From contig NC_086108.1 in NCBI RefSeq assembly GCF_963921235.1, positions 12,090,001 through 12,154,000 of the forward strand: DNA of 64,000 bases, in the 5' to 3' direction. The translations under genes and the position numbers were made by a program. Shown here piece after piece: positions 1-12,682 of this stretch. The notes under the pieces were generated by a model. The model made no database searches and was not told the origin of the DNA. It worked only from the letters and a program-made list of their open reading frames with translations. This DNA is from Mobula hypostoma (Eukaryota). Every line of letters starts with the position of its first letter. Within the stretch, counting starts at the first letter, position 1.

Positions 1-200
1 AGGATGTCCTTAATGTCCTTTGTTACCCATGGCTTGTTATTTGAATAACAAAGGACAGTTCTTGTCGGAACATTGCAGTCCACACAGGAGTTGATGTAAT
101 CAGTGATGCACTCTGTGAGCCCATCAATATCCTCTCCATGTGGCTCACAGAGTGCCTGCCAGTCTGTCACCTCAAAACAACCCTGGAGCGCCTCATAGGT
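1..200 (-). mobile_element. Rex1/Babar-type LINE fragment (EN-RT linker), runs off the window start
   Basis: The minus strand translates to YEALQGCFEVTDWQALCEPHGEDIDGLTECITDYINSCVDCNVPTRTVLCYSNNKPWVTKDIKDI, the TDW...YI..C...VP...NNKPW linker typical of Rex1 ORFs. Confidence 0.8.
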
Positions 201-560
201 ATCCTGAGAGGACCATCACCAGTGAGGTTCTTCACAATCATAGAAGTCCATCCCACTTATGAAGAGAGGTTCAACATATTTATCCAGTGAGTACCATCAT
301 ACATATCCAGAGAGGTCCATCACACTTATCATAATTATCTAGAGATGTCCATACAGTAATCATAAGAGGACCATCACACTTATCCAGAGAGGTCCATCAC
401 ACTGATAATGAGAGGTCGAACACAGTTATCCAAAGAGGCTCATCACACTTCCAGAGAGGGCCATCACTCTTATCCAGAGACGTTCAACATATTTATCCAG
501 AGAGGTTCATCATACTTTTCCAGAGTTTCATCACACTCATCCAGTGTGGACCATAACACC

Positions 561-1935
561 TCTATCTAATCCTTTTAGTATTCCATAGGTTTCAATGAGA
601 TCCCCCCACATTCTTCTAACTTCCAGTGAGTACAGGTCCAAACCTGTCAAATGCCCCAGTTAGGCTCACTCTTCATTCCTCAGGAAACTCCTCTGGACTC
701 TCTCCTATACTTTCTGAGATATCGGGCCCAAAGCTGTTGACAATACCCCCACCGTGGCTTGACTAGTGTCTTATAAAGTTTCAGTAATATCTCCTTGCTT
801 TTATAATCTATTCCTCTTTAAATAAATGTCAACATTGCATTTGTCATCTTTACCACAGACTCAACCTGTAAATTAATCTTCTGAGAATCTTGTACCAAGA
901 CTCCCAAATCCTTCTGCACCTCTGATGTTTGAATCTTCTCCCCATTTAGATAATAGTCCAACTATTGTTCCTTTTACCAAAATGCATTAACATGTATTTC
1001 CCAAAACTGTATTCTATCTGCCACTTTTTGCCCATTCTTCTAATTTGTTGGAGTCCTGCTGTAAACACATTGCTTCCTCAGCAGTACCTAACTCTCCACC
1101 GATCTTCATATCATCCACAAACTTTGCCACAAAGCCATCAATTCCAAGATACAAATTGTAGACAAACAATGTGAAAAGCAGCAGCTCAATATTGACCCCT
1201 GAGGAACACCACTAGTCACTGGCAACCAAGCAGAAAATCCCCTTTTATTCCCACTCGCTGCCTTCTGCCTGTCAGCTAGTCTTCTATCCACTCCAGTATC
1301 TTTCCTGTAACGTCATAGGATTTTATCTTGTTAAGCAGCCTCAAGGGTGGCACCTTATCAAATGCCTTCTGAAAATCTAAGTAAATGACATCTATTGCCC
1401 TGCTTTTAACTTCTTCAAAGAACTCTAACAGATTTGTCAGGCAAGATTTTCTTTTACATAAATTATGCTGACTTTGACTTATTTGATCATTGTACCCTGA
1501 AGTCTCATCCTTAATAATAATAATAATAATAATAATAATTGAATTCAACTCTTTCCCAACCACTGAGGTTCGGCTAACTGGCCAATAATTTCCTTTCTTT
1601 TGCCTTCCTCCCTTTGTAATGAGTGGCGTGACTTTTGCAATTTTCCAGTCCTCTGGGACCATGCCAGATCAGGTAATCCTCGAAAGATCATAAACAATGC
1701 ATCTGTTATCTCTTCAGCAACCTCTCTCAGGACTCTGAGATGTAGTCCATCTGGTCTGGGTGATTTATTCACCTTGAAACTTTTGAGTTTGCCTCGCACT
1801 TTTCCTTTGTAATAGTAATGGTGTTCACTCTAGCTCCCTGACAACCACAGACCACAGGCACACTGCTGGTGTCCTCCACAGTGAAGGCTGATGCACAGTA
1901 CTCCTTAAGTTCATCTGCCATTTCTTTGTCACCTC
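561..1935 (-). mobile_element. CR1 LINE, decayed RT region, truncated at both ends
   Basis: ORF 1276..1662 has VPEDWKIAKVTP, KSCLTNLLEFFE and YLDFQKAFDKVP. ORF 1106..1291 has VTSGVPQGS. Multiple frameshifts. Confidence 0.92.
1511..1538. repeat. (TAA)n microsatellite inside the CR1
   Basis: About 9 TAA units; they produce the poly-Ile run in ORF 1276..1662. Confidence 0.95.
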
Positions 1936-2211
1936 ACATTTATATCCATCACTCTTATCCAGAGGGTCCATCACAGTTATTCAGAGAGATCCATCACACG
2001 TATACCGAGATTTTCATCCGACTTACGCAGAGAGAAACATCACACATCCAGAGACATCCATCACACTGATCCAGAGAGTTCCATTACACATATACAGAAA
2101 GGTCCCTCACATCCAGAGAGTATATCGCACTTATCCAGGGACGTTCATTACACTGATCTAGAGAGGTCCATCATACCTATCCAGAGAGGTTCATTACTCT
2201 TATTCAGAGAT

Positions 2212-4404
2212 ATAAGGTATGAGACGCGAATTAGCTAAGATAGACTGGCAAATGACACTTAAAGAATTGACGGTGGATATGCAATGGCAAGCATTTAAAG
2301 GTTGTATGGATGAACTACAACAATTGTTCATCCCAGTTTGGCAAAAGAATAAATCAAGGAAGGTAGTGCACCCGTGGCTGACAAGAGAAATTAGAGATAG
2401 TATCAATTCCAAAGAAGAAGCATACAAATTAGCCAGAGAAAGTGGCTCACCTGAGGACTGGGGGAAATTCAGATTTCAGCAGAGGAGGACAAAGGGCTTA
2501 ATTAGGAAGGGGAAAAAAGGTTATGAGAGAAAACTGGCAGGGAACATAAAAACGGACTGTAAAAGCTTTTATAGATATGTAAAAAGGAAAAGACTGGTAA
2601 AGACAAATGTAGGTCCCCTGCAGACAGAAACAGGTGAATTGATTATGGGGAGCAAGGACATGGCAGACCAATTGAATAATTACTTTGGTTCTGTCTTCAC
2701 TAAGGAGGACATAAATAATCTTCCAGAAATAGTAAGGGACAGAGGGTCCAGTGAGATGGAGGAACTGAGCGAAATACATGTTAGTAGGGAAGTGGTGTTA
2801 GGAAAATTGAAGGGATTGAAGGCAGATAAATCCCCAGGGCCAGATGGTCTGCATCCTAGAGTTCTTAAGGAAGTAGCCCTAGAAATTGTGGATGCATTAG
2901 TGATAATTTTTCAAAACTCGTTAGATTCTGGAATGTTCCTGAGGATTGGAGGGTGGCTAATGTAACCCCACTTTTTAAAAAAGGAGGGAGAGTGAAACTG
3001 GGGAATTATAGACCGGTTAACCTAACATCGGTGGTGGGGAAACTGCTGGAGTCAGTTATCAAGGATGTGATAACAGCACATTTGGAAAGCGGTGAAATGA
3101 TCGGACAAAGTCAGCATGGATTTGTGAAAGGAAAATCATGTCTGACGAATCTCATAGAATTTTTTGAGGATGTAACTAGTAGAGTGGATAGGGGAGAACC
3201 ACTGGATGTGGTATATTTGGATTTTCAAAAGGCTTTTGACAAGGTCCCACACAGGAGATTAGTGTGCAAACTTAAAGCACACGGTATTGGGGGTAAGGTA
3301 TTGGTGTGGGTGGAGAATTGGTTAGCAGACAGGAAGCAAAGAGTGGGAATAAACGGGACCTTTTCAGAATGGCAGGCGGTGACTAGTGGGGTACCGCAAG
3401 GCTCAGTGCTGGGACCCCAGTTGTTTACAATATATATTAATGACTTGGATGAGGGAATTAAATGCAGCATCTCCAAGTTTGCGGATGACACGAAGCTGGG
3501 TGGCAGTGTTAGCAGTGAGGAGGATGCTAAGACGATGCAGGGTGACTTGGATAGGTTGGGTGACTGGGCAAACTCATGGCAGATGCAATTTAATGTGGAT
3601 AAATGTGAAGTTATCCACTTTGGTGGCAAAAATAGGAAAACAGATTATTATCTGAATGGTGGCCGATTAGGAAAAGGGGAGGTGCAACGAGACCTGGGTG
3701 TCATTATACACCAGTCATTGAAAGTGGGCATGCAGGTACAGCAGGTGGTGAAAAAGGCGAATGGTATGCTGGCATTTATAGCGAGAGGATTCGAGTACAG
3801 GAGCAGGGAGGTACTACTGCAGTTGTACAAGGCCTTGGTGAGACCACACCTGGAGTATTGTGTGCAGTTTTGGTCCCCTAATCTGAGGAAAGACATCTTT
3901 GCCATAGAGGGAGTACAAAGAAGGTTCACTAGATTGATTCCTGGGATGGCAGGACTTTCATATGAAGAAAGACTGGATGAACTGGGCTTGTACTCGTTGG
4001 AATTTAGAAGATTGAGGGGGGATCTGATTGAAACGTATAAGATCCTAAAGGGATTGGACCGGCTTGATGCAGGAAGATTGTTCCCGATGTTGGGGAAGTC
4101 CAGAACGAGGGGTCACAGTTTGAGGATAGATGGGAAGCCTTTTAGGACCGAGATTAGGAAAAACTTCTTCACACAGAGAGTGGTGAATCTGTGGAATTCT
4201 CTGCCACAGGAAATTGTTGAGTCCAGTTCATTGGCTATATTTAAGAGGAAGTTAGATATGGCCTTTGTGGCTACGGGGGTCAGGGGGTATGGGGGGAAGG
4301 CTGGGGCGGGGTTCTGAGTTGGATGATCAGCCATGATCATAATAAATGGCGGTGCAGGTTCGAAGGGCACCCTACTTTCTATGTTTCTATGTTTCTATGT
4401 TTCT
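2212..4404 (+). mobile_element. Young 5'-truncated CR1 LINE with a near-intact RT
   Basis: ORFs 2219..2965 and 2953..4317 are joined by one frameshift near 2935 (GMVPEDWRVANVTP). The 3' tail is (TTTCTATG)n at ~4376-4404. Confidence 0.97.
2953..4317 (+). pseudogene. CR1 ORF2 reverse transcriptase and C-terminal region (454-aa open frame; endonuclease missing)
   Basis: Motifs NYRPVNLTS, YLDFQKAFDKV, GVPQGSVLGP, KFADD, LVRPHLEYC and RGDLIETYK are all present. Confidence 0.93.
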
Positions 4405-5664
4405 AAAATAAAGGAATCCTTCATAGTGATCCAGACAGGTCCAACACACTTTTCCAGAGAAGTCCATCACACTTATCCAGAGACGTCCACCACCTTTATC
4501 CAGAGAGGCCCATCACTCTTAACCAGAGAGTTCCATCACACTTACACAGAGCAGTCCATCACACTTATCGAGAAATGATCAATATACTCTCAGAGTTATC
4601 TATCACACTTATCCAGAGAGTTCATTCAAATTCAGTGAGATCCATTACCATTTTCCAAATAAATCCATCACATTTATTCAGAAAGGTCATCACCCTTATC
4701 CAGAGACATCCATTACACTTATCCTGAGAGGTCCATCTCAGTTATTCAGAAATATCCAGAATATTTATTCAGACAGGTCTATCACTTCCAAAGAGATCCA
4801 TCACACATATCTGTAGAGGTCTATGACATCGAGAGAACCAATCACACTTATCCAGAGAGGTCCAACACACATACTCAGGTTCATTGCACTTATCCAGAAA
4901 GGTCGATCACACTTATCCAAAGAGACCGTTAATCAGAGAGATCCATCACATTTATCGTGAGAAGTCCATTTCATTTATCCACAGAGATCCATTAAAATAT
5001 GCAGTGAATTGCATCACAGTTATCCAGAAAGGTCCACCACACTTATCCAGAGATGTTCATCACACATCCATTAGGTCCATTGCATCCAGAGAGATCCATC
5101 ACACGTATGCAGTGAAATCCATCTCACTAATCCATAGATGTCCATCACAACTATCCAGAAAGGTCCACCACACTTATCCAGAGATGTTCATCATACATCC
5201 ATTAGGTCCATCACATCCAGAGAGATCCATCACATGTGTGCAGTGAAATCCATCTCACTAATCCACAGATGTCCATCACAGCTATCCAGAAGGGCCCATT
5301 ACATTTATCCAGACAGGCACATCACACTCTTTCGTAGAACACCATCACATACAGAGAGGTCCATCACACTTATCCAGAGAGGTCCATCACACCTATCCAG
5401 ACAGATACATTGCATTCAGAGAGGTCCTTCACATTAATGCATAGAGGTACATCACACTTATCCAGAAAGGTCCATCAGAAGTATTTCACAAAATCCAACA
5501 CACATATCGTGGGAGGTTCATCACACTTATCGAGAGAAGTCAATTACACTTATGCAGTGAAATCCATCACACTTATCAATTGACATCCATCACAGCTATC
5601 CAGAAAGGTCCATCCCACTTATCTAGTGAGGCCTATCACACTCTTCCAGAGAGGACCATCACAT

Positions 5665-8520
5665 GCAATGCTAATTGGGGAGGGTTTGTCCTCATAGGAT
5701 TCCATGCAGGAAATGTGGCGGTAGCTCAGGGATACAATTGTGTTTAAGGAAATGGGGTTTTAAACTCCCAATACCGACTATCTTACTGGCAAATGTGCAG
5801 TCTCTGGTGAATAAAATCGATGATTTCAGAGCTAGAGTGAGGAATCAGAGGGACATTAGGACCATGTGCGTCCTTTGTTTCACAGAATCCTGGTTAATCC
5901 CTTCCATACCGGATGCAGCGATTCAGATTCAGGTTTTACTATACACTGTCAGGATAGATCTAGAGAGCCTCTCAAAAGCAGAGGTGGAGGAGTATGTCTC
6001 ATGATCAACTCTTCTTGGTGCACAAATATATCAGTGCTGTCCCAATTCTGCTCACCAGACCTGGAATATCTAGCGGTTAAGTGCCATCCTTTTTACCTAC
6101 CGCGGGAGATTTCTAGGATTTTTTTGGTAGCAGCATACATTCCACCTCAGGCCAATGTCAATCAGGCTTTAGACTGATCTGAGCAATAGGATCAACATGC
6201 ACAAAGCAGCACACCTTAACATCTTCAATATTGTTTTAGGAGATTTTAACCAGACCAGTCTAAACAAATACCATCAACAGATCACTTGCAATACTAGAGG
6301 AAACAACACACTAGACCATTGTTATACCACCATCAAGAATGCCTACCGCGCTATTCCACGCTCTCACTTCAGGAAGTCTGATCACCTGTCTGTACTTCTA
6401 CTCCCCAAGTATAGGCAGAGACTGAAGACCGCAGCACCAGTAATGAGGACCAAGAAGGTATGGAGAAGGGAAGCACAGGAGCTTTGAATCGGTGGACTAG
6501 ACTATATTCAGGGATTCATCTTCAAGCCTGGATGAGCATACTGCATTTGTTACCGACTTCATTAAGACCTGTGTGGATGAGAGTGTGCCTACAAAGACTT
6601 ACTCTGCATTCCCAAACCAAAAGCCATGTATGAACCAAGAGGTATGTTATCTGCTGAATGCTAGATCTGTGGCATTCAAGTCTAGCAACCCAGACATGTA
6701 CCAGAAAACTAGTTATAATTTGCAGAGGGCTAATTCAATGGTGAAGAGACAATTTCAGATAAAGTTGGAGGTGACATCGGATGTGCAACAACTCTGGCAG
6801 GGTTTGCAAGACATTACTTCCTTCAAAGCAAAACCCAATAGCATGAGTGGCAGCGATGCCTCACTACCAGATGAACTCACCATCTTCTATGTTGGCTTTG
6901 AAAGGGAGAATACAACTACAGCTGTAAAGATCCCTGCTGCACCTGATGACCCCGTGATCTCTGTCTCAGAGGCTGATGTTAGGCTGTCTTTAAAGAGAGT
7001 TCCTTCCTCGCAAGGTGGAAGGTCCTAATGGAGTTCCTGGTAAGGATCTGAAAGTCTGTGCGAACAAATTGGCCAGAGTATTCCAGGACATTTTCAACCT
7101 CTCACTGCTATGGGCGGAAGTTCCCACTTGCTTCAAAAAGGCAACAATTATACCAGTGCCTAAGAAGAAGAATGTGAGCTGCCTTAATGACTATCGCCCA
7201 GTAGCACTCACATCGACAGTGATGAAATGCTTTGAGAGGTTGGTCATGAAGAGATTGAACTCCTGCCTCAGCAAAGACCTGGAGCCATTGCAATTTGCCT
7301 ATCGTCACAGTAGGTCAAAGACAGATGCAATCTCAATGGCTCTTCACACTGCTTTAGACCACCTGGACAACATAAATACTTATGTCAGGATGCTATTCAT
7401 CGACTATAGCTCAGCATTTAATACCATCATTCCCACAATCCCAAGTGAGAAGTTACAGAGCCTGGGCCTCTGTACCTTCCTCTGCAATTGGATCCTCGAC
7501 TTCCTAATTGGAAGACCACAATCTGTGCAGATTGGTGATAACATCTCTTCCGTGCTGATGATCAACACTGGTGCACCTCAGTGTGCTTAGTCCACTGCTC
7601 TACTCTCTCTATACCCATGACTGTGTGGATAGGCATAGCTCAAATACCATCTATAAATTTGCTGATGATACAACCATTGTTGGTAGAATCTCAGATGGTG
7701 ACGAGAGGGCGTACAGGAGAGAGATATGCCAACTAGTGCAGTGGTATAGCAGCAACAACCTGACACTCAACATCAGTAAGACAAAACAGCAGATTGTGGA
7801 CTTCAGGAAGGGTAAGACAAAGGAACACATATCAATCCTCATAGAGGGATCAGAAATGGAGAAAGCAAGCAGTTTCAAGTTCCTGGGTGTCAAGATCTCT
7901 GAGGATATAACCTGGTCCTAATATATCGATGCAGTTATAAAAAAGGCAAAACAGCAACTATACTTCTTTGGGAGTTTGAAGAGGTTCGGTATGTCAACGA
8001 ATTCTACATCACTGTCTGGTACGGAGGTGGGGGAGCTACTGCACAGGACCAGAAGAAGCTGCAGAGGGTTGTAAGTTTAGTTGGCTCCATCTTGGATATT
8101 AGCCTACAAAGTACCCAGGACATCTTCAAAGAGCAGTGTCTCAGAAAGGCAGCAACCATTATTAAAGACCTTCAGCACCTAGGGCATGCCCTTTCCTTAC
8201 TGTTACCATGAGGTAGAAGGTACAGAAGCCTAAAAGCACACACTCAGAGATTCAGGAACAGCTTCTTCCCCTCTGCTACCCAATTCCTAAATGGATATTG
8301 AACCCTTGAACACTACTTCACTTTATTAATATATATTATTTCTGTTTTTTGCACAAGTTTTAATCTATTCAATATACATATATAGTAATTGATTTATTTA
8401 TTTAGTTACTTACTTTTTTTTCTTCTATATTATGTATTGCATTGAACTGCTACTGCTAAATTAACAAATTTCATGACACATGCTGGTGATGGTAAACCTG
8501 ATTCTGATTCTGATTCTGAT
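5665..8520 (+). mobile_element. Rex1/Babar-type LINE, nearly full ORF (APE endonuclease + RT), decayed
   Basis: EN motifs LANVQSLVNKID, CFTESWL, GDFN, TLDHCY and SDH. RT motifs [25 protein letters not shown] and KFADD. Tail (GATTCT)n at 8499-8520. Confidence 0.93.
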
Positions 8521-9744
8521 ACAGAGAGGTCCATCACACTTATCCAGAGATGTTCAGTGCACTTATCCAGAAAGGTATATCATTCTTATCCAGAGAGGTA
8601 CATCACAGCCAGAGAGATCCATCACATTTATCCTGAGAGGTCCATCACAGTTACCCAGAAATGTCCATCACATTTATCCAGAAAAAACCATCACACTTAT
8701 CCATAAACATCCATTACACTTATCCATATACATCCATCACACTTTTTCAGAGAGGTCCATCAAAATTATTCAAAGAGACACATCACATTTGTCAAGAGAG
8801 TACCATTACACTTATCCAGACAGGTCCATCACACCTATACAGACTGCTCCATCACATCCAGGAAAGTCCTTCACAGTTATCATGAGAGATCCTTCACATA
8901 TAATCAGCAAGTTCCATCATACTTCTTACAGGAGGTTCATCCGATATATCAAGGGAATTTCATCATAAGTATTACACATATCCAGGGAGGTACATCACCC
9001 TTATCGGGAGAAGTCTATCACATTAATCCAGAGAGGAGAGGTCTATCACATCCAGGGAGATCAATACCACATATACAGAGAAATCCATCACACTTTCCCA
9101 TAGATGCACATCACAACTACCTAGAGCAGTCCACCACATATATCCAGAGAGGCCCATCACACTTATCCAGAGATATCCAAGATTTTTATTGAACAGGTCC
9201 ATCATATCCAGAGAGGTCCACCACACTCATCCAGAGAGAGTCTTCACACTTCCAGGGATCTATAATACTTGTCCATTGTGGTCCCCCGCATCCAGAGAGG
9301 TCCATCACACTTATCCAGAGAGGTCCATCACACTTATCCAGAGAGGTCTATCACCCTTATTCAGAGAGATCATTCACACTTATTGACAGAGATCAAAATA
9401 CTTATCTAGAGAGGTCAATTGTACTTATCCAAAAAAGGTCCATCACACTTAACTAGAGAAATCCATCACATCTATCCAGAAAGGTCCAATAAACCTACCT
9501 AGAGACGTTCATCACACTTATTCAGAGAGATCCATCACATGTATCAAGGGAAGTCTATTACACTTACCCAGAGAGGTCCATCACACTTATCAAGAGAGGT
9601 CTATTACATCCAGAAAGTGCCATCACACCTATCCATAGACATCCATCACACTTTTCCTGAGAGGTCCATCACAATAATCCAAAGAGCTCCATCACACACA
9701 ACCAGAAATGTCCATCATTGGTATTCCATTAGGTCTATCACAAG

Positions 9745-10392
9745 TGTACGGGGTCTTTCTTTTTTTGTATGTTAAATTTAAAATGGCTTCTTTGTTATGT
9801 TAAATGCTGAGAAAGTCTCTAGCTAGACATTTGTTTGGGTTAATACAGACAGCAGGGTGCTATTAGCCAACTGGGATGGTTATGATTTTGATGTATCTGA
9901 AGATATTGTAGGCGCGGAGTTTTGGGGCAGAAGGCGGGGGAGAGAGACAGAGAATGGACCAGATGCTGTGAGTCCGCTAACGGGGTTGGACCCCAAGCAG
10001 GGCGTTCGGCGAGGAGGGGAGATGGAGACAGACTCGTGTGGAGCGTCTGGTCGACCATCGTTGTTGGTCCCAGGCAGCTGGTTGAGGTGGTCTGAGGGGT
10101 CGCAGGGTGAAGAAGAAGGATCCTGAGCTCCAACTGTTTGTGCATGAAGAGATTGAACTTTGATAAGTGTGGCACCTTTTATATTTTATTCTCTATTAAT
10201 TATATAGTTCTAGTAATATCTATAAACTATAAATCATTTAATCATATCTGGTGTATTGTCTGTTATTTGGGCGGGATGGCGTACATCACACAGCATCCAC
10301 ACAAACTACTACACAGTTTGGCAGGGCCGAGGGCTGTTTCCCTAGACGACAGCGAGCCGAGTGACCCTAAGGCTGGCCAGGGGGGCTGCACA
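9745..10392. mobile_element. Solo-LTR-like insert in the satellite
   Basis: A non-satellite block from TGTACG to GCTGCACA. It shares motifs with 44417-44901 (TGAGCTCCAACT, AGCATCCACACA, GTTTGGCRGGGCC, TTCCCTAGAC). The TSD is not clean. Confidence 0.6.
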
Positions 10393-11460
10393 CATATCCA
10401 GGGAGATACATCACACATATCGAGAAAAGTCCATCACACTTATCCAGAGTGGTGCATCACCTCCAGAAAGATCCTTCACACTTACCCAGAGAGGTTCATC
10501 ACTCTTATCCAGTGACGTCCATCATATCTATCGAGAAACATCTATCACATCCAGAGAGGTACATCACACATATCCTGAGAAATCCATCACACTTATTCAG
10601 AGAGGTCCATCACAGTTATTCAGAGAGCTCCATCATACTTACGCAGACAGGTCTATCACACTTATCAGGGCTGTTTCATCACATCTAGAGAGGTCCTTCA
10701 TACTTAGTCAGAGAGCTCCATCGCATCAAGAGAGGTGCATCACATATAACCAGAAAGGTCTATCACACATATTACAGGAGGTCCAACACACATATTCAAG
10801 GAGACTCATCACGCTTATCCAGAGAGGTCCTTGACACTTATCCAGAGAGGTTTGTCACACTTATCCGGAGAGGTCCATCACACTTATCCAGTGAGTTCCA
10901 CCTCACTTCTCCATAGAGGTCCACCACACTTAACCAGAGTGGCCCATCACACTTAACCAAAGTGGTCCATCACACTAATGCAGAGAGGTCCATCACATCC
11001 AGAGAGATGCATTACACTATTCACACATTCAGAGAGGTCCAACATATCCAGAGAAGTCCATCATGGTCCTGACTCATGCCTGAGATTTGGAAACTCAAAG
11101 TACAGCACATTTAGGCTTTAACCTACATTTCTTGCCTCGCCTGTCTGAATTTCTGTTGATGAGCATTGCAAAATGATGGGGGACTTGATGATGCCATTAC
11201 CATTGGATGTGAAGGCTCCTTCTTATTGAAAATGGTCATTGCCTGTCAGATCAGTAGAACAATTCTTACTTGTCACTTAACTTCTCGAATCAGGGAGGGG
11301 AAATTGATTTGGAAGTGTTCTAATGATGAAATCATGTTATGCACAGGTGATCTCAATTTTACCTCCCCATTGTGTAAATTTCTACCAATTACTCCCACAA
11401 AGGCCTCAGGCAATCTGATGCACACTGTGATTGTTTTTTTTAAATGCCTGTTTCATACAG

Positions 11461-12234
11461 TCTCAACATCGGTAAGATGAAAGAGCTGATTGTGGACTTC
11501 AGGAAGGGAAGGATGAAGGAACACATACCAATCCCCATAGAGGGATCAGAAATGGAGAGAGCGAGCAGTTTCAAATTCCTGGGTGCCAAGATCTCTGAGG
11601 ACCTAACCTGGTCCCAACATATTGATGCAGTTATAAAGGCAAGACAGCGACTATACTTCATTAGGAGTTTGAAGAGATTTAGTATGTCAACAAATACACT
11701 CAAAAATTTCTATAGATGTACCATGGAGAACATTCTGACAACATCATTGTCTGGTATGGGGGGAGGGGGTGCTACTACACAGGACCAGAAATAGCTGCAG
11801 AGGGTTGTAAATTTAGTCGCTCCATCTTGGGTACTAGCCTACAAAATGCCCAGGACATCTTCAAAGAGCGCTGTCTCAGAAAGGCAGTGTCCATTATTAA
11901 GGATCTCCAACACCCTTTTCTCACTGTTTCTATCAGGTAGGAGGTACAAAAGCCTGAAGGCACACACTCAGCGATTCAGGAACAGCTTCTTCCCCTCTGC
12001 CATCCGATTCCAAAATGGACATTGAACCCTTGCACACTACCTCACTTTTTAATATATATTATTTCTGTTTTTTGCATGACTTAATCTGTTCAATATACAT
12101 ATACCATAATTGATTTATGTATTTATTTATTTATTTATTTTCTTCTGTGTTATGTATTGCATTGAGCTGCTGCAGCTAAGTTAACAAATTTCATGACACA
12201 TGCAGGTGATAATAAACCTGATTCTGATTCTGAT
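11461..12234 (+). mobile_element. Rex1-type LINE 3' fragment (same family as 5665-8520)
   Basis: LNIGKMKELIVDFRKG...FKFLG, with the same 3' UTR and (GATTCT)n tail. Confidence 0.9.
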
Positions 12235-12682
12235 AGAGGTGGTGGGATCATTTTGGGCATCAATACTTCAGGCAGAGCTTGTTCAGTTTTGCTGCTTTTC
12301 CGGACCAGCCTCTCTCTTGTTTCAGTGTTACTGCTGCTGCAGTGTTTCCTTACTGCCTTCTTCAGCTTTGATTGGCATTGCTTTTACCCACACCCTTTGC
12401 TGCACGATTCTCTCCTTCAATCGCACCCCATCACTGAGCTGGGCTTTGCAAAAAGACAGATTACATGGGGCAAACCTACTACCTGACCCATCTGAAAACC
12501 CCTGTCCTCACTCATCCCGAGTGGTGACAGCTGCAGCCCACCTGCAAATCAGAGTGAACACCATGAGATACCCGCCCATTGCACTGAAGGCCACTACATC
12601 CATCAGCTTCTACCCCAATGGATCATTTCACCTCCACCATTGGATATATTCTTAGAAGTTGCTTATTCAACAGAACTTCCAT

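Larger units (their letters stand above)
201..11063. repeat. Degenerate 23-bp satellite/minisatellite (consensus TATCCAGAGAGGTCCATCACACT) in five blocks: ~201-560, 1936-2210, 4420-5664, 8521-9744, 10393-11063
   Basis: Tandem units are directly visible and in the same orientation in all blocks, with shorter ~19-bp variants. The blocks are separated by TE insertions. Confidence 0.95.

Noticed and set aside
3225..4370. Minus-strand ORFs 3225..3629, 3648..3929 and 4113..4370
   Set aside because: Antisense shadows of the CR1 RT ORF.
4333..10834. His/Ser/Ile-rich ORFs (e.g. 4884..5246, 8480..8968, 10361..10834) as repeat proteins
   Set aside because: They are translations of the 23-bp satellite; the period is not a multiple of 3 and the peptide motifs rotate through frames.
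201..11063. CRISPR-like array
   Set aside because: Units are contiguous and degenerate with no unique spacers, there are no cas genes, and the context is eukaryotic.
12240..12655. Candidate exon or membrane protein (ORFs 12193..12486, 12200..12655)
   Set aside because: The ORFs start inside a Rex1 tail, and no domain or consistent splice signals are recognisable.
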